Positions 54,271 to 63,588 of a stretch of 64,000 nt of DNA are shown in pieces. The stretch is from a virus, in IMG/VR virus record IMGVR_UViG_3300028610_001991, one strand, 5' to 3'. The first letter of the stretch is position 1. Each line of letters opens with the position of its first letter. A program made the position numbers and the translations under genes. Under the pieces are notes generated by a model, which saw nothing but the letters and a program-made list of their open reading frames with translations, made no database searches and was not told where the DNA came from.

Positions 54271-54657
54271 ATGGTATTAGTTAGTGTAGGTCTTTTTTTA
54301 TTAGCGGTATCCCTGGTTTTTTCGATAGTACTTTTTTGTATGTCCTTGTCTAAGATAAAGATTGGAGGTACTATAAATGTAAACATACCTCAGAACGGAT
54401 ATCATAAATTTGCAGGTGTTGATCCTGCTCAAGGTAAAGATAGGTCTGAAATGACAATGGTCGAACATCCCGGACCAGATGGTAGTACGATTAGTTATCC
54501 TACAGCTGTTCCGGATATGAGTATACTTGATAGTGCTAAAGTTGAAACTAATATGGATTCGGAAACATTAATTATTAAAGGTAATACCAAGGGTAGCGAT
54601 ATTAAAAGTGCTGCAGCAGAACTTAAAAAAACTAAAAGTAGCAAGGGGTTAAAATGA
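54271..54657 (+). CDS. membrane-anchored hypothetical protein
   Basis: N-terminal TM; directly upstream of actin-like gene. Confidence 0.7.
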   Translation: MVLVSVGLFLLAVSLVFSIVLFCMSLSKIKIGGTINVNIPQNGYHKFAGVDPAQGKDRSEMTMVEHPGPDGSTISYPTAVPDMSILDSAKVETNMDSETLIIKGNTKGSDIKSAAAELKKTKSSKGLK

Positions 54658-55667
54658 AGGGTTTAGATATTGGGACAGCATTTATTGTTTGTATGGAGCA
54701 AGGTACTGAGGGGAACCAGGTAGTTCGTAGTGAGAGAGATGCTTTTTTTGAAGTACCTCCAGGTGAGTTTACAAAAAATATGCTTAACCAGTCTGGGGTT
54801 AATTATGTTAAGATGGACGACAAACTATATGTTATTGGTGATAAAGCTATGGAATTTGCAGAGGTGTTTGGTAGTGAAGCGCGTAGGCCACTTGCTCGTG
54901 GCTATATCAGCCCACGAGAAAAAGAAGCGCTTCCTATTTTAAATCAGATTATTAAGGCTGTAGCCGGTAAAATAAATGAAAAAAATGAGAAATTGATATT
55001 TTCGGTACCTGCGGATACTATTGATGATTTTCAGAGACAGAATGCCTTGGTATACCACAGAGAGAGTATAGCTACACTTATAAGACATATCGGGTTTGAG
55101 CCTATTGCACTTAATGAAGGTTTAGCGGTTATTTATTCTGAACTAAAAGATTATCAATTTAGCGGCCTAAGTTTAAGCTATGGAGCCGGAATGGTAAATT
55201 TTTGTGCGTCTTGGCTATCAGTGCCTATTCCTGAGCTTACTTTTGCAATAGGTAGGGGCGGTGACTGGGTAGATGAAAGTGCTGCCCGAGCTTTAGATGA
55301 GAGTATTGCAGTAGTTTGCGGGATGAAAGAATCTCCAAATGAATTTAATCTTAATGATAATTATGAATCTGGTATTCCTCAGGCATTAAGTATTTATTAT
55401 AAAGAACTTATCAGGTATACACTAATGACCTTAGAACGTGCATTTTATAAAATAAAAAGGCGGTTTCCTAAACCGATACCTATTGTTATAAGTGGAGGAA
55501 CTACATCTCCTCCTGGATTTTTGAACCTATTTACCGAGATGACAAGAAAATGTATCTTTTCTAATTTTAAAGGAGATAGGATAGAGATAGGGGATATAAT
55601 CCAGGCCGGTAATCCATTGTACTCTGTAGCTCAAGGTTGTATGATTAAGGGTGTGATAGATGGGTAA
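54654..55667 (+). CDS. actin-like ATPase (ParM/MreB/MamK superfamily)
   Basis: Phosphate-1 GLDIGT, VIGD.A, RPL..G, connect-1 NEGLA, YGAG..N, adenosine ISGGT, VA.G. Confidence 0.88.
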   Translation: MKGLDIGTAFIVCMEQGTEGNQVVRSERDAFFEVPPGEFTKNMLNQSGVNYVKMDDKLYVIGDKAMEFAEVFGSEARRPLARGYISPREKEALPILNQIIKAVAGKINEKNEKLIFSVPADTIDDFQRQNALVYHRESIATLIRHIGFEPIALNEGLAVIYSELKDYQFSGLSLSYGAGMVNFCASWLSVPIPELTFAIGRGGDWVDESAARALDESIAVVCGMKESPNEFNLNDNYESGIPQALSIYYKELIRYTLMTLERAFYKIKRRFPKPIPIVISGGTTSPPGFLNLFTEMTRKCIFSNFKGDRIEIGDIIQAGNPLYSVAQGCMIKGVIDG

Positions 55668-55947
55668 TAACGAAAACGAAATTGGTAGTTTAGGTGAATC
55701 TCAGATAACTAAGCAGGAAGAAAAAGTTATTATACCACAAAGGTTAGTAGGTAAGGATGTTGTTAACTGCCCTATAGCAGCTGCTGCAGAGTCAGTTGTA
55801 CTTGTAGATTTTTGTAAAAATATATGTTCTCATTTTGTTAAATTTATTGAAGATGAGAAATATGGTAATAGGGTTGAGTGTAAATACCCTAGATTTATAA
55901 AAGTTATTAATGTTTACGGAAAAGAAAAGTCAACTACCTTTACCTAA
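55660..55947 (+). CDS. small Cys/His protein coupled to the actin-like gene; last codons supplied by the IscB element
   Basis: CP...C...CSH...C; overlaps element left end at 55929. Confidence 0.7.
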   Translation: MGNNENEIGSLGESQITKQEEKVIIPQRLVGKDVVNCPIAAAAESVVLVDFCKNICSHFVKFIEDEKYGNRVECKYPRFIKVINVYGKEKSTTFT

Positions 55948-56185
55948 AGGGTAGGGGCTTGAGTAGTGATGCTCAACGCAAGGGTTGATTAGGGAGCTAA
56001 AAGGAAATTTTATGCAGAAGTTATTAGTAAAGTTAAAGAACACACCTACGGATGCTTCACAAGTCTGTAGCTCTGTAAATTCTGTATTAAACAAAGAGGG
56101 CACTCTTAGTGTGCAGAATAAAGTACTGGCTAATAACAATCCCGAAGTGAATCGAGTCTCTACAAACAAGACGCTCGTTAAAAGT
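55929..56185 (+). ncRNA. omegaRNA / HEARO scaffold
   Basis: GTCAACTACC...CTAAAGGG..GGGGCTTG...GGTTGA, ACCTACGGATGCTTCACAAGTCTGTAG, TTAAACA, typical HEARO landmarks upstream of PLMP. Confidence 0.85.
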
Positions 56186-56188
56186 AAA

Positions 56189-57358
56189 GTGTTTGTGCTT
56201 AACAAACAAGGTTTACCATTAATGCCCTGTAGTTATGCTAAGTCTAAAAGAATGGTTAAAAAGGGAGGAGCGAAAGTAGTTAAAAGATATCCCTTTACAA
56301 TCCAATTAACATTTGATTGTGAAAACAAAACCCAAGATATTACTTTAGGTATTGATACGGGTTTTGGTAACATTGGGTTTAGTGCTGTTTCAGAAAAGGA
56401 AGAATTAATTTCAGGAACTTTAAAACTCGATGGAAGAACTAAAGAAAGATTAGATGAAAGAAGAATGTATCGAAGATGTAGAAGAAACAAATTGTGGTAC
56501 AGGAAAGCAAGATTTAGTAATCGAAAGAAAAAAGAAGGATGGTTACCTCCTTCAACCCAAAGACGGTATGATACACATTTGAATTTAATTAACGGGTTGA
56601 AAAAGATACTGCCCATCACTTTAATTACTGTTGAAGTAGCAAAGTTTGATATCCAGAAGATAGAGAATCCAGATATCCAAGGAAAAGAATACCAGCAAGG
56701 TAATTTGTACGAATATCAAAATACAAGAAGTTACTTAATGGCTAGAGAAAAGGGTAAGTGCCAGTTATGTAGTAAAGATTTTAAAGGTCAACCAAGTCAC
56801 CTACACCACTGTAAACAACGAAATGAAGCGGGTAGTAATAGACCTGAAAACTTAGCCTTACTTCATAAAGTATGTCACACGAAGCTACACAGAAAAGGAT
56901 TAAAACTATTTAAACCAAAAGAATATAAGGCCAATATATTTATGTCTATTATAAACAAAAGGTTCTGGAAAGATGTTTCTAATTTAAAAGTTACTTACGG
57001 TAATACAACATTTGTTGATAGAAATAATTTAGAGTTAGAAAAATCTCATGTTAACGACGCTTTTGTTATTGCTAACGGTTCTAGTCAGAGAAGGTGTAAA
57101 GCGTTTAGTATACTTCAAAAGCGTAGAGCGAATCGAGCGTTGCAGTTAAATAGAAAAGGATTTAAACTTTCTATTCGTAAACAGAGATATAACTTACAGC
57201 CGCATGACTTAGTTAAAGTTAATAACCTTATTTGCACTGTTATTGGAACTCATTGCAAAGGTACTAGAGTTATGATTAATAAATTGGATAGAAAAGTTAG
57301 TGAGTCAATTAAAAATATAGAATGGAGTTTTCATTTTGGAAGTTTTACATATAATTAA
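56189..57358 (+). CDS. iscB: RNA-guided endonuclease IscB
   Basis: PLMP, RuvC-I LGIDTG, Arg-rich bridge helix, RuvC-II VEVAKFD, HNH CQLC..HH..N..NL..CH..LH, RuvC-III KSHVNDA; start approximate. Confidence 0.95.
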   Translation: MFVLNKQGLPLMPCSYAKSKRMVKKGGAKVVKRYPFTIQLTFDCENKTQDITLGIDTGFGNIGFSAVSEKEELISGTLKLDGRTKERLDERRMYRRCRRNKLWYRKARFSNRKKKEGWLPPSTQRRYDTHLNLINGLKKILPITLITVEVAKFDIQKIENPDIQGKEYQQGNLYEYQNTRSYLMAREKGKCQLCSKDFKGQPSHLHHCKQRNEAGSNRPENLALLHKVCHTKLHRKGLKLFKPKEYKANIFMSIINKRFWKDVSNLKVTYGNTTFVDRNNLELEKSHVNDAFVIANGSSQRRCKAFSILQKRRANRALQLNRKGFKLSIRKQRYNLQPHDLVKVNNLICTVIGTHCKGTRVMINKLDRKVSESIKNIEWSFHFGSFTYN

Positions 57359-57417
57359 AAAGGAGAGTGACAGTTTCTCTGTTGCTTAAAGGCGACAGTT
57401 TCCTTGTCGAAAAGGTT

Positions 57418-57756
57418 ATGATCGATCAAAACTTAGAAAGTATCACTTCTACGGTAGCTACTTTTATTGATCATTGGTGGGCATGGCTAGTACCTGTTGT
57501 AATAATGTTTATATTAAGGAGATACATATCTAATTTATGGTATCGTATCGTAATGAAATTAAGCGAGGCTCCTTATGCGAGTATAGGTAATGTGATTCAA
57601 TTTCAGGAGAACGGTACAAAATGGAAAATAGTAGGATTTACGCGACACAGCGTTTATCTTAAGAACGCAGAGAAAGAGAAGAATGGTAACCTTGCTTTAA
57701 TGCGGGTTCCTATAGACAAGTACTATAATAGTATATTTATTTATAAGAAGGTATAG
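57418..57756 (+). CDS. small membrane protein, MscS-like TM plus beta domain
   Basis: TM then IGNVI.F....W.I.....S..L....RVP; start MIDQN. Confidence 0.55.
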   Translation: MIDQNLESITSTVATFIDHWWAWLVPVVIMFILRRYISNLWYRIVMKLSEAPYASIGNVIQFQENGTKWKIVGFTRHSVYLKNAEKEKNGNLALMRVPIDKYYNSIFIYKKV

Positions 57757-57759
57757 CTT

Positions 57760-58785
57760 ATGGGTGAGTTAAGGAATAAGTATAGAGATATGGAGACGGG
57801 GCAGTTTGATAGTGTATTAAAGCCGGAGGACGAGGCTTACATTATTAATAATTATTTAAACATGACGGACGCAGAGATGGCTACTCAGTTAAAAGTAAAC
57901 ATGCAAGTAATCCAGAATTTTAGAAGTAAAAAGGGTTTAATGAAAATGTCTTATTCTTATGAGAGCGCTTTTGGTGGGGTAATGAAAGATGTCGAGAATA
58001 ACCCACAGGATAAAATGAAAGAGAAAATAGAAAAAAGTGAAGGCGGGGGTATTAAGCAGGGTAAAGGTAAGGAAAAACAAAAAAAGAAAAATGTCTCTGA
58101 GTTTTCTTACGAAGATGAAAAAAAAGCATTAAGAAAGTACTTATCTTTAGATATCAAAAAGTTAATTCCGTCTCAGTATTTAAAAGATATAGGCACACAA
58201 GATGAATTTGTAGATAAGTTTATAATTCTTAGAAAGAGTTTTAACGATGGTGAGTGGAGGGATTTTATTGCTCATTGGATGAGATATATGAAGGAGCATC
58301 AATATGATTTTAATGTAGCTGAAGACTTTGATGATTTATCAGGATTGATAAGGGAATTAATTATTCAATCAAATATATTTGATAGAAATAAAAATGCGCG
58401 TACTAGTGATGCGTTTTTTTCAATATATATGAAGCAGTTTAATGAGTCTGTAAGTAGACAGAAACGATACCAGGATAATTTAAAACTTTCCAGGAAATCT
58501 AGAAAAAGTGAAAAGGATTATGATAAAGAATCTTTTGTTGAAATAGTAGCTATGTTTGATAATGAGGAGACACGTAAAGTGATGGCTCAGGCAGATAAAG
58601 AGGATAATGTTGAGTTACTTAATTATATGGACAAAATAAGAAAAAAAATGAGAGAGGAGGTTCCGGAAGGTACTGAAATTGACGGACAGGAATCTTCTTT
58701 GCTAATGGGTATAAGCGAAGAAAAAGTTCAAGATATAGTAGATAAAGGTATTGATGTCTTAGAGAAGGAGAAGATTGAAAAATGA
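57760..58785 (+). CDS. putative terminase small subunit / DNA-binding protein
   Basis: N-terminal HTH-like (I.NNY..MTDAEMA..L.V); directly precedes terL. Confidence 0.5.
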   Translation: MGELRNKYRDMETGQFDSVLKPEDEAYIINNYLNMTDAEMATQLKVNMQVIQNFRSKKGLMKMSYSYESAFGGVMKDVENNPQDKMKEKIEKSEGGGIKQGKGKEKQKKKNVSEFSYEDEKKALRKYLSLDIKKLIPSQYLKDIGTQDEFVDKFIILRKSFNDGEWRDFIAHWMRYMKEHQYDFNVAEDFDDLSGLIRELIIQSNIFDRNKNARTSDAFFSIYMKQFNESVSRQKRYQDNLKLSRKSRKSEKDYDKESFVEIVAMFDNEETRKVMAQADKEDNVELLNYMDKIRKKMREEVPEGTEIDGQESSLLMGISEEKVQDIVDKGIDVLEKEKIEK

Positions 58786-60620
58786 TGGGTGAGAGGAAGG
58801 GTTTATCTGAGTCTGAAATAAGGATGATTAAATATTTTCGTATACGTCCTGACAGGGCTGCGGAAATGTTATTAGGTATTGATTTTTTACCTTTTCAAAG
58901 ATTACTTATTTTTATAGGTTGGTACTTTCCTTTTGTTTTAAATATACTGACTAGAGGTGCTGGTAAGACTTTTATGTTAGCTACTTTAGCATTACTCAGG
59001 GCTATGCTGTATTCTAATCAGAAGGTTGGGTTACTGGCGGCTTCCTTTAGACAATCAAAGCTACTTTTCGCTGAAATTTATAGGATATATATGAAGTCTG
59101 CGCTTTTACAAGGTATGGCGGAGAAGCCTCCTGTACGTGGTACGGATCTATGCTATTTTAATCTTAAAAATGGATCTGAAATTCAGGCATTACCTTTGGG
59201 TGATGGTGAGAAAATTAGAGGAGCGCGTTTTTACTATATAGTACTGGATGAGTTAGCTCAAATTCCGGAAATTATCCTTAATATTGTTATAATAGGTATG
59301 ACAGCAACAAAGCAGGACCCTATTAAAAGCGCAAGAATGGAGGCTTTGAAAAAGAGATTAAAAAAGGAGGGGAAAGTACCTTCTAGGAGTATACAGCTGG
59401 TTTCAGAATTAACTAAGAATTATCTAATAGGTGCTTCTACAGCTTATTACCAATTTAATCATCTTTTTAAAATGCTAAAAAATTATATAAGGGTTATAAA
59501 GGATAAAGTCATAGCTGAAAATGGTATGGATTTATGGAAGCTGTATGCAGTATACAAGTTATCGTATAAGATGATACCTGAGGGATTCATGTCTATAGAA
59601 TCGATAATGATGGCTAAGGAAAAAATGTCGAGCATGCAGTTTAACATGGAATATAATTGTTTATTTCCTGCGGAGAGTGGGGGTTTTTTTCCGGCTCAGA
59701 TTGTAATGAATGCTTATACACATAATGGACAGATACATTTTGAGCTTGCAGGGGATGGTAACGCTGCATATATACTTTTTTGTGACCCGGCAAGAACTAG
59801 TGACAACTGTACTTTTTCTATTAATAAAATATTATCTACTACAGAAGCTACCCGGTATGCGTGTGTTTGTGTAGAGGTACTTCAGGGTAGAAAGTTCCAA
59901 GAGGCTATGGAAAGGATTAGGGATATATGCCGTAGGTTTAATATTGTTAGAATCGCTATGGATCAGGGCGGTGGTGGATTAGCTATAAAAGATCTATTAA
60001 ATGATCTTGATAAATGTCCGGAAGGTGAAGAATTAATTTGGGATTTTGAAGATCCGGCCTCTTACTTAGATGAGGAGATGCAGTTTAAAAAACCTGGATT
60101 ACATATCTTGCATTTAGTTAATTTTAACCCTGCTTATTTGACGGAAGCTAATCATGGCTTATTATCCTCTTTAGAAAGAAAAGAATATGTATTTCCTACA
60201 CCGTTAGGTACAGAGGATTTGATGAATAAAGGTGAGAAGGAAGCAGAGCAATTAGAAAATGTAGAGACAGAGATGCTTGTCGCTAAAAATGAGATGATAA
60301 ACATTGTATTAACTAGAACACCAAAGGGATCTCCTCACTGGGATACACCAGCGAAAGGACAAAGAAAAGATAGATATACTGCTATTATGGGAGGCTGTAA
60401 AGAATGTAAAGATTTTATTAAGCCTGAAAATAGTGAAGAAGTAACTATAGATTTACCAACGGGAGGTTGGGCAGGTAAAGCAAGTTTGAGTACAAAGAAG
60501 GAGTTAGGTGTCGGAGCTGCTGATCTTACCCAAGGAGGAATTAAGTTTTCAGAAGCAGCAGAGAGAAGAAAAAGATTAGTTTATGCTAAAAAATTATCAG
60601 AGATAGCTGAGTTAAATTAA
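58782..60620 (+). CDS. terL: terminase large subunit
   Basis: Walker A RGAGKT, KIRGAR..YIVLDE Walker B, nuclease DPA...D, KDRYTA. Confidence 0.93.
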   Translation: MMGERKGLSESEIRMIKYFRIRPDRAAEMLLGIDFLPFQRLLIFIGWYFPFVLNILTRGAGKTFMLATLALLRAMLYSNQKVGLLAASFRQSKLLFAEIYRIYMKSALLQGMAEKPPVRGTDLCYFNLKNGSEIQALPLGDGEKIRGARFYYIVLDELAQIPEIILNIVIIGMTATKQDPIKSARMEALKKRLKKEGKVPSRSIQLVSELTKNYLIGASTAYYQFNHLFKMLKNYIRVIKDKVIAENGMDLWKLYAVYKLSYKMIPEGFMSIESIMMAKEKMSSMQFNMEYNCLFPAESGGFFPAQIVMNAYTHNGQIHFELAGDGNAAYILFCDPARTSDNCTFSINKILSTTEATRYACVCVEVLQGRKFQEAMERIRDICRRFNIVRIAMDQGGGGLAIKDLLNDLDKCPEGEELIWDFEDPASYLDEEMQFKKPGLHILHLVNFNPAYLTEANHGLLSSLERKEYVFPTPLGTEDLMNKGEKEAEQLENVETEMLVAKNEMINIVLTRTPKGSPHWDTPAKGQRKDRYTAIMGGCKECKDFIKPENSEEVTIDLPTGGWAGKASLSTKKELGVGAADLTQGGIKFSEAAERRKRLVYAKKLSEIAELN

Positions 60621-60630
60621 AGGAGCGGGT

Positions 60631-62769
60631 ATGGTAAAAAACGGTAAGGATACTGGAGTTGCCCAAAAACATAAAACGGGGACTAAAATTGATTATGATA
60701 AGGGGGAAGTGTCTGTAGAACTTCCTTATTTAGAAAGACATGATCAAGCTTCGTACCATAGAGCTGATGACTACGAGACAGAGATAGGTGGAGGTTCTTC
60801 AACTTTTCGTAAAAGGGCGTATTCGAATATCAAGTCTAAAATAAGTCAGGCTCAGGATTATTATATAAAAGATTCTTTAGCAAGAAGGTTTATTGAGTTG
60901 ATGGCTCAATTTTCAGCTACTTCAGTACAGTTAAAAGGCGCACAAAAGTACAAAGTTTTTTTTAATCAATGGATGAAGGTTGTAGGCATGCCTACTATTT
61001 TAAAAAAGATATTTAAAGAATTTTATAGAAGTTCAAATGTGCATACAATTAAATGTACCCTTCCTTTTAAAGGCAAATTTAAAAAAGGAGAGAAATTAGA
61101 TATAGATATCCTGAAGGGTTTTAAGACTGACGGACGGTTAGGTAATTTTGATAATGCTAAGTATAAGATCGATTTAGCTAGATATATAAGAGGTGGTGAA
61201 TCAACAGATATAGCGGCTAGAAAATTAAATTGGTCTAATAAGATGATCCCCTGGCGGTATACAGTTTTAAACCCTTTGCAAATTGAAAAATATGGAGATT
61301 CTACTTTTAGGTTAGAAGAAACATACTGGACCCCGAGTAGCTCACTAAGGCATTTAATATTAGAGATTGAGGCTGATAAAGGAAAAGCCAGAAGAAAAAA
61401 ATTAGAGCCTATTATTAAATCTATTCCTGCTATGTTATACCAACAGTTAAAAGATGGTAAATCAAAAATAGAATTATTCCCTCATTTTTATTCTCCAATA
61501 TATAGACTAAAAGATGATTATGAGAGCGATGGTGAGCCTTTGATGACTCCTATCTTTGATCATCTCTTTAGAAAGAACCAAATGAGAGAAGCTGATATTC
61601 GAGTTATTAATTCTGTGATTAATAAAATATTATTAATAAGGGTAGGTAGTGACAAATTTCCAGCTAAGAAAAAACAGTTGGAGGCTATCTCTGCTATATT
61701 TCAAGAGCCTTCACATGTTCTTGAATTAATATGGAATCATTGTATTGATGTTAAGTGGGTTGATGTTCAGACAGAGTTCTTAAATGACGATAAATATAAT
61801 TCTGTAGATAAAGACATCAAAGAGGGATTCGGGGTAACAGAAGTTTTATTAGGCACAGCAAAAGATAATAAAGGAAATCCTTTTGTATCGTTAAGAGGGT
61901 TAGTTGAAAATATGGCTGACGGTCAGGAATCTGTTTCTGAATGGTTACAAGAGGAGTTTGAAGATATAGGCGATACTTTACAGCTGGACACTGTTCCAGA
62001 GCCGCATTTAACGACTATTAATCTTGAGGATAAGGTTAATCTTTTTAAGATATACCAAGGTATGGTAGATAGAGGTATTTTATCTAATGAAACAGTTTGT
62101 GAGCTTATGGGAGAGGACTGGAGAAGAAATCTTGCACAAATTAAAAAAGAGTCTAAACAGAGAGAAGAAGGCATATTGCCTTTGATGGGGTCACCTTATC
62201 AGAAAGGAACTGAGTCTCCTTCAACAGTAGCGCCTGGTGATAAAGTTCCAGGAGATCCTAATGTACCTACAGGAGTAAAGCCTAAGTCAGAAATCACACC
62301 ACAAGAGAGAAGAGGGTCTCAAGGAAAACCGGTAGGTAAACAAGGTCCTTTACAGACTCCGCGAAAAAGTCCTCGTATGAAAGCAGCAGCGGAAGCAGCA
62401 GTATTAGACGGGAGTGATGTTTTAACTGCTGATGAATTGATAGGGTATGCTAATCAGGCAGTTAAGAAATTGTACGACAGCTATAATACAGGCGGAAAAG
62501 ATTTTAAAGCTATATACAACGATGTAGCGCTTGATTTATATAAAATACCTTCAAAGGATATAGCTTTTTTTATTAGCAATGGCGGATATAAAATTAATGG
62601 AGAAATTGATTTAAATTCTGATTTGTATAAAAATGTAGTGTCGGATATTAGGGGTATGGCCAGTACTTATATCTCTAAGTGGAAAAGAAATAACGTAGGT
62701 AAAAATATGTCGCCAGATGTTTCTCTAAGTATATTAGCTGATTCTTGGGCTGCATGTGTACCTGTTTAA
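60631..62769 (+). CDS. portal protein
   Basis: 712 aa directly after terL; VLNP..I, G.P...P.F, D I..GFGV, GILS.ET..E..G pattern. Confidence 0.8.
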   Translation: MVKNGKDTGVAQKHKTGTKIDYDKGEVSVELPYLERHDQASYHRADDYETEIGGGSSTFRKRAYSNIKSKISQAQDYYIKDSLARRFIELMAQFSATSVQLKGAQKYKVFFNQWMKVVGMPTILKKIFKEFYRSSNVHTIKCTLPFKGKFKKGEKLDIDILKGFKTDGRLGNFDNAKYKIDLARYIRGGESTDIAARKLNWSNKMIPWRYTVLNPLQIEKYGDSTFRLEETYWTPSSSLRHLILEIEADKGKARRKKLEPIIKSIPAMLYQQLKDGKSKIELFPHFYSPIYRLKDDYESDGEPLMTPIFDHLFRKNQMREADIRVINSVINKILLIRVGSDKFPAKKKQLEAISAIFQEPSHVLELIWNHCIDVKWVDVQTEFLNDDKYNSVDKDIKEGFGVTEVLLGTAKDNKGNPFVSLRGLVENMADGQESVSEWLQEEFEDIGDTLQLDTVPEPHLTTINLEDKVNLFKIYQGMVDRGILSNETVCELMGEDWRRNLAQIKKESKQREEGILPLMGSPYQKGTESPSTVAPGDKVPGDPNVPTGVKPKSEITPQERRGSQGKPVGKQGPLQTPRKSPRMKAAAEAAVLDGSDVLTADELIGYANQAVKKLYDSYNTGGKDFKAIYNDVALDLYKIPSKDIAFFISNGGYKINGEIDLNSDLYKNVVSDIRGMASTYISKWKRNNVGKNMSPDVSLSILADSWAACVPV

Positions 62770-62797
62770 AAATTGTTGATAAACTGTTGATAAACTA

Positions 62798-62826
62798 TAG
62801 ACAAATTCTGTTTTATAGTGTATAAT
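62798..62826 (+). promoter_or_regulatory. sigma70-type promoter with upstream 11-bp tandem repeat
   Basis: TAGACA-17-TATAAT; TGTTGATAAAC x2 at 62774-62795. Confidence 0.8.
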
Positions 62827-62877
62827 TGTTTATAGAGAGAGACAGTACGGCGGAAATAAATAAAAAGGAGAGGATAT

Positions 62878-63066
62878 ATGCAAGCACGATGTATGAGATG
62901 TAAAGATAATAGGGATATGAAAGATGTTCAAATTGTTAAAACAAAAAGAGGCGGTTTTATGGCTAAAGGAAAATGCATTCAGTGTGAGTGTGGGATGTGT
63001 AAAATTATGTCAAAAGACCAAGCCTCTCAACTAGCGACTGAACTTAGTATTCAGTTACCAGCATAA
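62878..63066 (+). CDS. DUF5679-like Zn-ribbon protein
   Basis: C.RCK..R.MKD...K.G...KG.C..C...M.KI. Confidence 0.75.
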   Translation: MQARCMRCKDNRDMKDVQIVKTKRGGFMAKGKCIQCECGMCKIMSKDQASQLATELSIQLPA

Positions 63067-63098
63067 AAAGTAAATAATTAAAAAAAAGGAGAAGGCTG

Positions 63099-63578
63099 AT
63101 GAAAAAGTTAATTTTTATTTTGATTGTATTAAGTGTGTTTTTTATGTTTGCTGAGGATTTACTAATTGAAAGGTTACATACACCTGTATGGAAAACTGTT
63201 AATGATAGTAAAGGCTTTAATCGTTTAATCGATATTGCTCTTCCCGGTGAGAAATACTCTATTGTTGAAGAAAAGGTGTCTTGGTATTTTGTGGAGATTC
63301 TTACACTGTCTAAACATGTAGGTATTAAGTGTTGGGTATGGGCGGGTAAAAAAGATAAACCTATAGTAGTTAAAAAGGACGGTAAATTTTATATTGGGCA
63401 AAAAGGTGTTACTGCACGTAGTAGGCCTGTAACAGTAAAAAGTACTGAATTAGGTAAACATATACTCAACGGTTCGGAAATCAAGATTATAAAGAAGAAA
63501 GTATTAAAAGTTAAAGTTAAATTATGTGATGGAAATGAAGGCTGGGTATTTATAGCTAATGGTAAAATAATTCAATAG
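63099..63578 (+). CDS. secreted protein with SH3-like repeats
   Basis: Signal peptide; I.EEK.SWY.V, G..GWV. Confidence 0.6.
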   Translation: MKKLIFILIVLSVFFMFAEDLLIERLHTPVWKTVNDSKGFNRLIDIALPGEKYSIVEEKVSWYFVEILTLSKHVGIKCWVWAGKKDKPIVVKKDGKFYIGQKGVTARSRPVTVKSTELGKHILNGSEIKIIKKKVLKVKVKLCDGNEGWVFIANGKIIQ

Positions 63579-63588
63579 GGAGGCATCT

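Larger units (their letters stand above)
55929..57417 (+). mobile_element. non-autonomous IS200/IS605-family IscB (OMEGA) element
   Basis: Left end GTCAACTACC, omegaRNA, iscB, right-end hairpin CTGTTGC-TTAAAG-GCGACAG-TTTCC; no tnpA; right boundary inferred. Confidence 0.85.

Noticed and set aside
54415-54450. Terminase nuclease-like motif GVDPAQGKDRS
   Set aside because: Short isolated match within a small TM protein; no surrounding RNase H fold evident.
55985-56188. N-terminal 68 aa of the 457-aa IscB ORF in the track
   Set aside because: This stretch is the omegaRNA scaffold; IscB proteins begin just before the PLMP motif.
57367-57417. GTG start of the 129-aa ORF
   Set aside because: It lies in the transposon right-end hairpin; the ATG at 57418 fits the reconstructed empty site.
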